From Myxococcota bacterium (GTDB lineage Bacteria; Myxococcota_A; UBA9160; UBA6930): a DNA stretch of 64,000 bases. The translations under genes and the position numbers were made by a program. Below, piece after piece: positions 27,384 through 36,221 of this stretch. Location of the stretch: the NCBI GenBank assembly GCA_965223415.1, contig OZ245002.1, positions 4,448,001-4,512,000 of the forward strand. Reading direction: 5' to 3'. The notes under the pieces were generated by a model. It made no database searches. It was not told the DNA's origin and saw only the letters and a program-made list of their open reading frames with translations. Position 1 is the stretch's first letter. Each line of letters begins with the position of its first letter.

Positions 27384-28653
27384 CAGGCTGCTGAAAAACC
27401 CTGCGTTTCCGTGTTCTCGATGGTAGAAGATGGGTCGGGGGGAGAGAGGATGCGCGGCAGCGACCGAGAGCAGGGTTCGATGTTCAGCTACGTCTCGCTG
27501 GAGACGCGGATTCCGGAGGATCATCCGCTTCGCCCCATGCGGGCGATGGTGGACGAGGCGCTGAGGGGCCTGTCTCGGCGGTTCTCGGAGCTCTACGCGT
27601 CGACGGGCCGGCCGTCGATCCCACCGGAGCGGCTGCTGCGGGCTCTGTTGCTGCAGGTGCTCTACTCGATCCGGAGTGAGCGCCAGCTGATGGAGCAGCT
27701 CGAGTACAACCTGCTGTTCCGTTGGTTCGTAGGGCTGGGGATGGAGGATGCGGTCTGGGTCCCGACGGTCTTCACGAAGAACCGGGACCGGCTGCTGGAA
27801 GGGGACGTGGCGGAGGCGTTCTTTGAGGCGGTGCTGGCGCAGGGAAAGGACCACGGCCTTCTGTCGTCGGAGCACTTCACGGTGGATGGCACGCTGATCG
27901 AGGCGTGGGCGAGCCAGAAGAGCTTCCGGGCGAAGGACGGCTCGGGGGACGACGGAGACGACGATCCGGGCAACCCGACGGTGAACTTTCGGGGAGAGCG
28001 GCGGAGCAACGCGACGCACGAATCGACGACGGATCCCGAGGCGCGGCTGGCGCGCAAGAAGGGCCAGACCTCGCAGCTGGCCTACATGGGCCATCTGCTG
28101 ACGGAGAACCGCAACGGCCTGATCGTCTCGGCGCTGCTGACGGAGGCCGATGGCTACGCCGAGCGGCTGGCAGCGCTGGAGATGGCGGAGGACGTGGCGG
28201 GAAGGCGCCGGATCACGCTGGGCGGGGACAAGGGCTACGACACCGAGGAGTTCGTGGCGGGCTGCCGGAAGCGCAACATCACGCCGCACGTGGCGCAGCA
28301 CACGACGAATCGGGCCAGCCGGATCGACGGTCGCACGGTCCGTCACGAGGGCTACGCGATCAGCCAGCACAAACGCAAGCGGATCGAGGAGTGCTTCGGT
28401 TGGATGAAGACGGTCGGGGGAATGCGAAAGACGCGTCACCGGGGCACGGATCGGGTCGGGTGGATGTTCGTCTTCACGGCGGCGGTCTACAACCTGGTCC
28501 GCATACGCAACCTCGTAGAGGTCACATGACGCACCTGCATCGAGACGAGGTACCCCGGATCACTTCCGGGATCGAAGAGCGAGCCGAGCGGGCCGCGGGG
28601 ACCCGCGCCCTCTGGCGTTCTGGCGCCTCTCAGCGCCGAATTTCAGCAGCCTG
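27384..28653 (+). mobile_element. Intact IS5-family insertion sequence (1270 bp)
   Basis: 13-bp terminal IRs caggctgctgaaa (27384-27396) / tttcagcagcctg (28641-28653); 4-bp target duplication CTAA at 27380-27383 and 28654-28657. Confidence 0.93.
27450..28529 (+). CDS. IS5-family DDE transposase
   Basis: HPLR, GRPSIPPERLLRALLLQ, YNLLFRWF, VDGTLIEAWAS, GDKGYD, RKRIEECFGW. Confidence 0.95.
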   Translation: MRGSDREQGSMFSYVSLETRIPEDHPLRPMRAMVDEALRGLSRRFSELYASTGRPSIPPERLLRALLLQVLYSIRSERQLMEQLEYNLLFRWFVGLGMEDAVWVPTVFTKNRDRLLEGDVAEAFFEAVLAQGKDHGLLSSEHFTVDGTLIEAWASQKSFRAKDGSGDDGDDDPGNPTVNFRGERRSNATHESTTDPEARLARKKGQTSQLAYMGHLLTENRNGLIVSALLTEADGYAERLAALEMAEDVAGRRRITLGGDKGYDTEEFVAGCRKRNITPHVAQHTTNRASRIDGRTVRHEGYAISQHKRKRIEECFGWMKTVGGMRKTRHRGTDRVGWMFVFTAAVYNLVRIRNLVEVT

Positions 28654-28671
28654 CTAACCCCGCGGAAACCC

Positions 28672-28747
28672 TGGTGGAGCTGAGGGGAGTCGAACCCCTG
28701 ACCTCGTGAATGCCATTCACGCGCTCTCCCAACTGAGCTACAGCCCC
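28672..28747 (-). tRNA. tRNA-Ala(GGC)
   Basis: GGGGCTGTAGCTCAGTTGGGAGAGCGCGTGAATGGCATTCACGAGGTCAGGGGTTCGACTCCCCTCAGCTCCACCA. Confidence 0.97.
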
Positions 28748-28758
28748 AGGGGCAAACC

Positions 28759-28787
28759 AGGCTATCCGCCGGCTCTGGGCCTGTCAA
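28759..28787 (-). promoter_or_regulatory. Sigma70 promoter of tRNA-Ala
   Basis: TTGACA-17-TAGCCT, 11 nt upstream of the mature 5' end. Confidence 0.8.
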
Positions 28788-28850
28788 AAGTGCCCTCTGC
28801 CGCGCGGGCCGGTCTTGCCCACGACCCCGGGCGGGCCGATAACCTCCGGG

Positions 28851-30227
28851 ATGATGGACCGGAGCGGGCGATCGGCACGGACCACGTGGGTGCTGATGGC
28901 GCTCGCGGCGCTGGTCCTGTGCGGGCCGCTCCTCTACGGGCTGACGGACCGGCCGGTCCAGCCGACCTGGTGGCGGTTCAGCAAGCGGCAGCTCCTCTGG
29001 ACCGCCCTGTACGGTGCGGCCTTCGTGGCCGTGGTGGGGAGCTACCGGCTGGCGGTGCCGGCCCTGGTCGAGCGGCTTCGGGCGAGCCTGGTGATGGTGG
29101 CCGCGACGCTCCTGGCCACCTGGCTGCTCGGAGAGCTGGCCCTGCGGGCGCTCGAGCCGGCGCCGCGCTTCGAGGCCCTGCCGAGGAACGATCGCCGGCA
29201 CGCGCCGGATCCGGACGTCGGCCACGTCTTCGCCCCGAACCAATCCCTCGAGCTCCAGACCGGGGAGTTCCGCTCCACCTGGCGTACGAACGGGGAGGGC
29301 GTGCGCGCCGATCGCGACTACGGCCCCAAGGCCGCCGGGGTGTTCCGGGTGCTGGTGATCGGCGATTCGTTCACGGCCGGCGGCCAGGTGTCCCTGGCCG
29401 AGACCTATCCGGGGATCCTCGAGGCCGAGCTGGCGACGGCCCTCGGCGAGGGTGCGGTGGAGGTGATCAACGCCGGTCACCCCGCCTACGGAACCGTGCA
29501 CGCGGCGCGCTGGGTGGGGAAGTTCGCCTCACACTTCCAGCCGGATCTCATCGTCCACGGCATGACGCCCAACGATCTCAGCGAGAACCTGCGTCCGCTG
29601 CTCGTCACCGCCGAGGACGGCCAGCTGCGCTGGAAGACGTCGACGGACGCGCACCGGACGCGTTGGGAGGACCGCCAGCAGTGGTACAGCGTGCCGGGCT
29701 GGGTGGATCGCAGCCTACTCGTGCAGCGGCTCCGGGGCGCGCCTCTCGTCCGGCGGCTCACGCACAGCCAGATCTATCCCCACCACCACGTCTACCAGCT
29801 CGCGCAGGACGCGGCCTCGCGCGACCGCTACGCCCTGGCCTACGAGCACCTGGGGCTGCTCCGCGAGCACGCCCAGGGCCTGGGGGCCCGCCTGGCGCTG
29901 GTCGTGATCCCGTTTCGGGAGCAGCTGACGGAGCTGCACGAAGGCCTCGATCCCCGCGCCTATGGTCGGCGGATCGCGGCCTGGGGCGCGGCCCACGGGG
30001 TCCCGGTGATCGACACCCTCGAGGCCTTCCGAAGCCACCCGGACCCGGCGAGCCTCTACTGGCGAAAGGACGCCCACTGCACGGCGGCCGGCTACCGGCT
30101 GGTCGGCGAGACCCTGGCGGCGGGACTGCTGGCCCGGGGCGCCGAGGTGGGGCTCTCAGCGGGACCGGGGGCGCCCGAAGGAAAGGGTCCGGCGCTCCCG
30201 GGCCGCTCGACGCCTCCGGGCCGATGA
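28851..30227 (+). CDS. Membrane-anchored SGNH/GDSL hydrolase-like (AlgX/AlgJ-like) protein
   Basis: Three N-terminal TMs; VIGDSFT, EVINAG, PND, DAHCTAAGY. Confidence 0.85.
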   Translation: MMDRSGRSARTTWVLMALAALVLCGPLLYGLTDRPVQPTWWRFSKRQLLWTALYGAAFVAVVGSYRLAVPALVERLRASLVMVAATLLATWLLGELALRALEPAPRFEALPRNDRRHAPDPDVGHVFAPNQSLELQTGEFRSTWRTNGEGVRADRDYGPKAAGVFRVLVIGDSFTAGGQVSLAETYPGILEAELATALGEGAVEVINAGHPAYGTVHAARWVGKFASHFQPDLIVHGMTPNDLSENLRPLLVTAEDGQLRWKTSTDAHRTRWEDRQQWYSVPGWVDRSLLVQRLRGAPLVRRLTHSQIYPHHHVYQLAQDAASRDRYALAYEHLGLLREHAQGLGARLALVVIPFREQLTELHEGLDPRAYGRRIAAWGAAHGVPVIDTLEAFRSHPDPASLYWRKDAHCTAAGYRLVGETLAAGLLARGAEVGLSAGPGAPEGKGPALPGRSTPPGR

Positions 30228-30249
30228 GCCATTCTCCTCTCCCTCACTC

Positions 30250-30338
30250 GCCGGAGTGATGGAATCGGTAGACATAGGGGACTCAAAATCCCCCGGCTGG
30301 AGACGGCCGTGTGGGTTCGAATCCCACCTCCGGCACCA
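30250..30338 (+). tRNA. tRNA-Leu(CAA)
   Basis: GCCGGAG...GGGGA-CTCAAAA-TCCCC, long variable arm, GGTTCGAATCCC, CTCCGGC-ACCA. Confidence 0.97.
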
Positions 30339-30454
30339 GCTCTGGGGCCGCTGAGCCCGAAACCCCGGGGGCCGAATAAACCCGGTCCCCCTACGTCGAA
30401 GAGTCGAGCCGCACCCCGGCCGCCCGGGGGCGAGATACGGGAGAAAGAGACGGA

Positions 30455-30823
30455 ATGCGCAAGAGCAAGGGAATCGTCGGTCTGCTGAGCCTGGCCCTGG
30501 CCATGCCCCTCTTCGCCGCGGCGCCGGCAGCCGCCGATTGCGAGGGCATGCGGGAGTTCCGCGGCTTGATCCAGAAGTACAAGAAGAGCGGCCGGAAGGC
30601 CGGCTTCGTTCTCGACAACCGCATGGGCGACAAGGTCAAGTTCCAGAAGGCCGAGTCGGTCGAGGTGGTCGATACCAGCAGCGCCGGCAAGAAGGCGGAG
30701 AAGTGGGAAGACCTGAAGAACAACATGTACGTGGGCGTGTGCTGGAAGTTCACGGACAACCCGCGCCTGGCCTACAAGGTGACGGTCCAGGACGAGCCGG
30801 ACGACGGCGCCACCGACGAGTAA
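30455..30823 (+). CDS. Small secreted Lys-rich hypothetical protein
   Basis: Signal peptide ending APAAA; two Cys; strong codon bias; followed by terminator. Confidence 0.8.
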   Translation: MRKSKGIVGLLSLALAMPLFAAAPAAADCEGMREFRGLIQKYKKSGRKAGFVLDNRMGDKVKFQKAESVEVVDTSSAGKKAEKWEDLKNNMYVGVCWKFTDNPRLAYKVTVQDEPDDGATDE

Positions 30824-30862
30824 AGCCATCGCTGACGAAGCCCCGCCCCGAGCGGGGCGCCG

Positions 30863-30899
30863 CGGCCCTCTGCCCGGCCGGGCGGAGGGCCGTTGTCTT
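30863..30899 (+). terminator. Intrinsic terminator
   Basis: CGGCCCTCTGCCC-GGCC-GGGCGGAGGGCCG then TTGTCTT. Confidence 0.65.
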
Positions 30900-30929
30900 C
30901 TGGGGGCGCGGGACTACCGTTTCCTCCTC

Positions 30930-32093
30930 ATGGCCGATTCCCCGCAACCGCTGCTGCGCCCGGACCAGTTCGATCGCTACCGCCGGCACCTGAACCTCCC
31001 GGAGTTCGGCGTCGAGGGGCAGTGCCGGTTGCTCGAGAGCCGCGTCCTGCTGATCGGCGCCGGGGGGCTGGGCTGCCCCCTCGCCCAGTACCTGGCGGCC
31101 GCCGGCGTGGGCACCCTGGGCCTGGTCGACTTCGACGTGGTCGACGCCTCCAACCTGCAGCGGCAGGTGCTCTTCGGCACCCGGGACGTGGGCCGGCCCA
31201 AGGTCGACGTGGCCCGCGAGCGCATCGAGGCCATGAACCCGGACGTCGACGTCCGCACCTTCCGCGAGCGCGTCACCTCCGACAACGCGCTCGAGCTGTT
31301 CGCCGGCTACGACGTCGTGGTGGACGGCACCGACAACTTCCCGACCCGCTACCTCTCGAGCGATGCCTGCGTGATGCTCGGCAAGCCCACGGTCTACGGG
31401 GCGATTCTCCGCTTCGAAGGCCAGGCCTCCACCTTCGATGGGAGCCGCGGGCCCTGCTACCGCTGCCTGTTCCCGGAGCCGCCGCCTCCGGGCTCGGTGC
31501 CGTCCTGTGCCGAGGGCGGGGTGCTCGGCATCCTGCCCGGGACGATCGCCCTGATCCAGGCGACCGAGACGGTGAAGCTGCTGACCGGGATCGGCGAGCC
31601 CCTGATCGGGCGTCTCGTCACCTACGACGCTCTGTCGATGAAGTTCCAGGAGTACCGGCTCCGAAAGGACCCGGACTGCCCCGTCTGCGGGGAGCACCCG
31701 TCGATCACCGAGCTGATCGACTACGACGGCTTCTGCGGCGTGCCCGCGGCCCACGAGGAGGAGACCCCGGTGAAGGAGATCTCGGCCAGCGAGACGAAGG
31801 CGCGGCTCGACGCGGGCGGGGCGTTCCTGCTGCTCGACGTGCGCAACCCGGAAGAGTGGGAGACGGCACGCATCGAGGGCGCGGAGCTGCTTCCCCTGGG
31901 CGAGCTCGAGAGCCGCGTGGCGGAGCTCGCCGAGTGGAAGGACCGCCCCATCGTGGTCCACTGTCATCACGGCGGGCGGAGCGCGATGGCGTGCGAGCTC
32001 CTCGCGAAGGCCGGCTTCACCGACCTCACCAACCTGGTGGGCGGGATCGAGGCCTGGTCCCTCACCGTCGACTCGTCCGTGCCCCGGTACTGA
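30930..32093 (+). CDS. moeB: MoeB/MoeZ adenylyltransferase with C-terminal rhodanese domain
   Basis: GAGGLG, SNLQRQ, DGTDNF, CYRC, CAEGG, CPVC; rhodanese VHCHHGGRS. Confidence 0.93.
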   Translation: MADSPQPLLRPDQFDRYRRHLNLPEFGVEGQCRLLESRVLLIGAGGLGCPLAQYLAAAGVGTLGLVDFDVVDASNLQRQVLFGTRDVGRPKVDVARERIEAMNPDVDVRTFRERVTSDNALELFAGYDVVVDGTDNFPTRYLSSDACVMLGKPTVYGAILRFEGQASTFDGSRGPCYRCLFPEPPPPGSVPSCAEGGVLGILPGTIALIQATETVKLLTGIGEPLIGRLVTYDALSMKFQEYRLRKDPDCPVCGEHPSITELIDYDGFCGVPAAHEEETPVKEISASETKARLDAGGAFLLLDVRNPEEWETARIEGAELLPLGELESRVAELAEWKDRPIVVHCHHGGRSAMACELLAKAGFTDLTNLVGGIEAWSLTVDSSVPRY

Positions 32094-32095
32094 CG

Positions 32096-32437
32096 ATGGC
32101 GACCCGCATTCCCGACCCGCTGAAACGCCGTCACCTGGTGGAGGGGGACCTGGACCCGGCGAAGGCGCGGGCCGTGGCCGAGGCCTACCTGGCGGACGGT
32201 CGCCACCAGGAAGCCATCGTCTTCCTGGCGCGTGCGGAAGCGACCGAAGAGCTGGAGACGCTCCTGGAGCAGGCGGTCGAGGCCGGCGACGCCTTTCTCG
32301 TGCGGCAGGCCGCCGAGGCTCTGGAGCGTTCCGTCCCTTCCGAGACCTGGGCCCGCGTCGCCGAGCGGGCGCGCGCCCTCGGGAAGGATCGCTACGCTTC
32401 GGAAGCGAGTCGCCAGGCCGGGCGGCCCGCAGACTGA
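32096..32437 (+). CDS. Hypothetical helical protein
   Basis: MATRIPDPLKRRHL..., starts 2 nt after the moeB stop; host codon usage. Confidence 0.75.
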   Translation: MATRIPDPLKRRHLVEGDLDPAKARAVAEAYLADGRHQEAIVFLARAEATEELETLLEQAVEAGDAFLVRQAAEALERSVPSETWARVAERARALGKDRYASEASRQAGRPAD

Positions 32438-32448
32438 GGTCGCGATCG

Positions 32449-32616
32449 ATGCCGTTGCGTTGTCTGGTGGTGCGGGGGCTGGTGAAGGAGGTCGAGGAGG
32501 AGATCAACAAGTTCCTCGCCTCGGCCGAGGTAAACGTCCTGCACATGGCGCAGAGCGAGACCGGCGAGTACCTGAGCGTCACGCTCATCTACGACGAGCT
32601 CACACCTGGCGCCTGA
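32449..32616 (+). CDS. 55-aa small protein absent from the ORF track (Cse60-like pattern)
   Basis: GAGGT SD; MPLRCLVVRGLVKEVEEEINKFLASAEVNVLHMAQSETGEYLSVTLIYDELTPGA. Confidence 0.75.
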   Translation: MPLRCLVVRGLVKEVEEEINKFLASAEVNVLHMAQSETGEYLSVTLIYDELTPGA

Positions 32617-32651
32617 GTCCCTCCGCGACGGGCTGCGGTACTCTCCGTGCG

Positions 32652-32987
32652 GTGCGCCCCCCGGTCCCCCGTTGCCTCGATGAGCTCGTCGAATGGCTGC
32701 GTGCACGCTTCGACGCCAAGGCCGCGACGGACCTGTTCGCCGTGGTTCACCTGGACCTGGAGGGCCCGGACGGCGGCTCCGTGGTACTGCGCATCGAGCC
32801 CGGACGCGCCGAGGTGGGGCGGGGCGCCGTCACCGAGCCGGACCTCCGGCTGCGGGCGGCGGCTGCGGACGTCTTCTCCATCCTCTCGGGCTGCGAGAGC
32901 GCCGACGTATTGCACATGGAGGGCCGGCTCGAGCTCGACGGGGACCTGGGCCTCGCCATGAAGCTCCGCACGATCTTTCCCGCGTGA
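32652..32987 (+). CDS. SCP2 sterol-binding domain protein
   Basis: HLDLEGPDGG...PDLRL...MEGRLELDGDLGLAMKL; TACTCT -10 lies 7 nt upstream. Confidence 0.85.
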   Translation: MRPPVPRCLDELVEWLRARFDAKAATDLFAVVHLDLEGPDGGSVVLRIEPGRAEVGRGAVTEPDLRLRAAAADVFSILSGCESADVLHMEGRLELDGDLGLAMKLRTIFPA

Positions 32988-33009
32988 GCCGCGCGGAGAC
33001 CGCGCCGCC

Positions 33010-35739
33010 ATGGACCTGCCCGCCATCCGCATCGAGAATGCCCGGACCCACAACCTCCGGAACGCATCCTGCACGATTCCGCTCCACAGCCTGACGGTGG
33101 TGAGCGGTGTGTCCGGCTCGGGCAAGTCGAGCCTCGCCTTCGACACCCTCTACGCGGAGGGCCAGCGGCGCTACGTGGCGTCGCTCTCCACCTACGCGCG
33201 TCAGTTCCTGGAGCGGCTCCCGCGGCCCGATGTCGACCTGGTGAGCAACCTGCCCCCGGCGATCGCGATCGAGCAGCACAACCGGGTGACGAACGCGCGC
33301 TCGACCGTCGGAACGGCCACGGAGATCCTGGATCACCTGCGCCTCCTCTACGCCAAGATCGGCGAGACCCGCTGCTGCGGCGCCCCGGTGCGGCCGGGCA
33401 CGGTGCAGGGCTGGACCGACCGCCTGCTCGCGCGCTTCGCCGGAACCCGCGGCAGCCTCGCGGTGGCGTTGCCCGCCGCCGACGCCGCGCCGGCCCTGCG
33501 CGAGCGGCTCGCCCGGGAGGGCTGGACCCGCCTGCTCGACGCCCGCGGCCGGCGCCTCGAGCTCGACGACGTGGACGACGCCCGTCTCGACCGCGAGCGC
33601 GCGCGGCTGCGCTCGGTGGTGGACCGCCTGGCCATCGCCGAGGACGCGCGCGCCCGGCTGGCCGAAGCCGTGGCAGCGGCCCTGGGCCGCGGCTTCGGGG
33701 AGGCGCTCTTCGTTCCCGAGGACCGCGAGCCGATGACGCTCCGCGAGGGATTCGTGTGCGAGCGCTGCGGCCGGCGGCATCCGACGCCGGAGCCCGCGCT
33801 CTTCTCCTTCAACAGCCCCCTCGGCGCCTGCGGCACCTGCCAGGGCTTCGGCCGCGTGTCCGCCCTCGACCTGGCGAAGGTGATCCCGGACCCGGAGGTC
33901 TCCCTGAAAGAAGGCGCGATCGCGCCCTTCGCGACGCCGAGCGGCCGCAGCTGCCAGCGCGACCTGATGCGCGCCTGCCGGGCCGTGGGCATCGATCCGG
34001 CGCGGCCCTGGAAGCGGCTCGGCTCGCGCCAGCGCGCGTGGGTCATCGAGGGAGACGACGAGTGGTACGGCGTGCGGGGCTACTTCGAATGGCTCGAGTC
34101 CCGTCGCTACAAGGTGCAGGCACGCATCGCCATCGCGCGCTACCGGCGCTTCGACCCGTGCCCGGCCTGCGCGGGCCACCGCCTGCGGAGCGAGGCCTTG
34201 GAGGTATGGGTCGGCGGTCGGCACCTGGGCGAGGCCTCGGCGCTCACGATCGAGGAGCTCGCGGCCTGGCTCGCCGGGCTCGACCTCGACGACGCCGCCC
34301 GCGAGCGGGGCGGTCGCCTGCTGGCGCTCGTGCGTGCGAGGGTGGGGACGGCCCTCGAGGTCGGCCTCGGCTACCTGAGCCTGGCCCGGCAGGTGCGCAC
34401 GCTCTCCGGCGGCGAGGCCCAGCGCATCCAGCTCGCCACCGCGCTCGGCGGCGCGCTCACCTCCGCTCTGTACGTGCTCGACGAGCCGTCCGTCGGCCTG
34501 CATCCGCGGGACGTGGGCCGGCTGCTCACGGTACTCCAGGCGATCCGCGACCAGGGCAACACGGTGGTGGTGGTCGAGCACGCGCCCGAGATCGTGGCGG
34601 CGGCGGACCACGTCGTCGATCTCGGTCCGGGCGCGGGTCGGGACGGCGGCCAGGTCGTGGCCGAGGGCAGCGTGAAGGAGGTGGCCGCCCAGGGCACCTC
34701 GCCGACCGGACGCATGCTGTCCGGAGAGCTGGCGCTCGCGCGCCGGCGGCGGGCGCGAGCGAGTGGCGAGCTGCGCATCGAGGGTGCACGCGCCCAGAAC
34801 CTCCAGGATCTCGACGTGCGCATTCCGCTGGGCCAGCTGGTGGTCGTCACCGGGGTGTCCGGTGCCGGCAAGTCGACCCTCGTGCGCTCGGTCCTCGTCG
34901 GCGAGCTCCAGGGAGACAGCGACCGGGGGCCCTGCGATCGTCTCGTCGGGGCGGACCAGGTCGACGAGGTGGTAGTGGTCGAGCCGACGCCGCCGGGTCG
35001 GAGCGCCCGCTCCAACCCCGCGACGGTCTCCAAGGCCTTCGACGGCATCCGCAAGCGCTTCGCGGGCACCGCCGCGGCGAAGCGCCGTGGCCTCGCGCCG
35101 GGCTGGTTCTCCTTCAACGTCCCCGGCGGTCGCTGCGAGCCCTGCGAAGGCAGCGGCGAGACCGTGGTCGACATGCAGTTCCTCGAGGACGTGCGCATCC
35201 CCTGCGAGCACTGCGACGGAGCCCGCTACAAGCCCGAGGCGCGGGACATCACGGTGAACGGCCTCTCGATCGTCGACGTGCTGGCGCTCTCCGTGCGCGA
35301 GGCGCGGCAGCGCTTCGCCGGGGAGAAGACCATCGGCCCGCGGCTCGAGCCCCTGTGCCGGGTGGGCCTCGGCTACCTCACCCTGGCCCAGCCCCTCTCG
35401 ACCCTCTCCGGCGGCGAGCTTCAGCGCCTGCGCATCGCCCAGGCCCTGGCCGCCGGAACGCCCGGCGCGCTGTACGTGATGGACGAGCCGACCACCGGGC
35501 TCCATGTGTCGGAGGTGCAGGTCCTCGTCTCGTGCCTCGACGCGCTGCTGGACGCCGGCTCGAGCGTGATCCTGGTGGAGCACAACCTGGACGTGATCCG
35601 CGCCGCCGACTGGATCCTCGATCTCGGGCCCGAGGGCGGGCCGGGCGGCGGGCGCCTCGTCGCCGAAGGAACGCCGGAAGCGATCGCGAAGGTCGACGCC
35701 TCGTTCACCGGAGCCGCCCTGCGCGGCGAGTTCGGCTGA
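33010..35739 (+). CDS. uvrA: Excinuclease ABC subunit A-family protein
   Basis: [58 protein letters not shown]. Confidence 0.92.
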   Translation: MDLPAIRIENARTHNLRNASCTIPLHSLTVVSGVSGSGKSSLAFDTLYAEGQRRYVASLSTYARQFLERLPRPDVDLVSNLPPAIAIEQHNRVTNARSTVGTATEILDHLRLLYAKIGETRCCGAPVRPGTVQGWTDRLLARFAGTRGSLAVALPAADAAPALRERLAREGWTRLLDARGRRLELDDVDDARLDRERARLRSVVDRLAIAEDARARLAEAVAAALGRGFGEALFVPEDREPMTLREGFVCERCGRRHPTPEPALFSFNSPLGACGTCQGFGRVSALDLAKVIPDPEVSLKEGAIAPFATPSGRSCQRDLMRACRAVGIDPARPWKRLGSRQRAWVIEGDDEWYGVRGYFEWLESRRYKVQARIAIARYRRFDPCPACAGHRLRSEALEVWVGGRHLGEASALTIEELAAWLAGLDLDDAARERGGRLLALVRARVGTALEVGLGYLSLARQVRTLSGGEAQRIQLATALGGALTSALYVLDEPSVGLHPRDVGRLLTVLQAIRDQGNTVVVVEHAPEIVAAADHVVDLGPGAGRDGGQVVAEGSVKEVAAQGTSPTGRMLSGELALARRRRARASGELRIEGARAQNLQDLDVRIPLGQLVVVTGVSGAGKSTLVRSVLVGELQGDSDRGPCDRLVGADQVDEVVVVEPTPPGRSARSNPATVSKAFDGIRKRFAGTAAAKRRGLAPGWFSFNVPGGRCEPCEGSGETVVDMQFLEDVRIPCEHCDGARYKPEARDITVNGLSIVDVLALSVREARQRFAGEKTIGPRLEPLCRVGLGYLTLAQPLSTLSGGELQRLRIAQALAAGTPGALYVMDEPTTGLHVSEVQVLVSCLDALLDAGSSVILVEHNLDVIRAADWILDLGPEGGPGGGRLVAEGTPEAIAKVDASFTGAALRGEFG

Positions 35740-35743
35740 ACCG

Positions 35744-36115
35744 ATGGCCCGCGCGCCCGAACGCGCCGTTCCGCCCCCGGACATCCATCCGGAGGAGTTC
35801 TTCACCCGCTGGGTCCCCACCTCGGTCGCGTCGGACGAGGGCCGCCGGCTACGCCTCGCCGAAACCGAGGCGGTGCTCGAGTTCACGCTGACCGACCACG
35901 TAGAGGGGACCTATCACCTGCGCGTCGAGCGCGGCCTCGTGGTCGGCGTCACCGGCCGCGCCCTCGCCCCCGATCTGCGCATCGAGCTGGACGTCGCCAC
36001 CTGGAAGAGCCTGAACGCCGGCGAGCTCTCGGCTCCGGAGGCGTTCCTGAAGCGGAGGGTACGGCTCGAGGGCAACCTGGCCCTGGCGGTGAAGCTGCAT
36101 CTGATTCTCGGGTGA
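35744..36115 (+). CDS. SCP2 sterol-binding domain protein
   Basis: PDLRIELD...EAFLKRRVRLEGNLALAVKL. Confidence 0.82.
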   Translation: MARAPERAVPPPDIHPEEFFTRWVPTSVASDEGRRLRLAETEAVLEFTLTDHVEGTYHLRVERGLVVGVTGRALAPDLRIELDVATWKSLNAGELSAPEAFLKRRVRLEGNLALAVKLHLILG

Positions 36116-36221
36116 GGCTCGATCCGGAATCGCACTCGGGAGGCCCGCTCGGGCCGTGAGGGACGGCGCCCGTGAAGCAGGTCGCACCTCTCCACCGCGG
36201 GCCCGCGGTACGCTGCCGTGG

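Noticed and set aside
28672..30338. Prophage or genomic island at tRNA-Ala/tRNA-Leu
   Set aside because: No integrase, phage genes or duplicated tRNA 3' end seen.
32830..35886. Long antisense/alternate-frame ORFs (e.g. 1018 aa opposite uvrA, and many others in the track)
   Set aside because: Expected stop-poor shadows in high-GC DNA; they are Arg/Pro/Gly-rich or mirror real genes and carry no family motifs.
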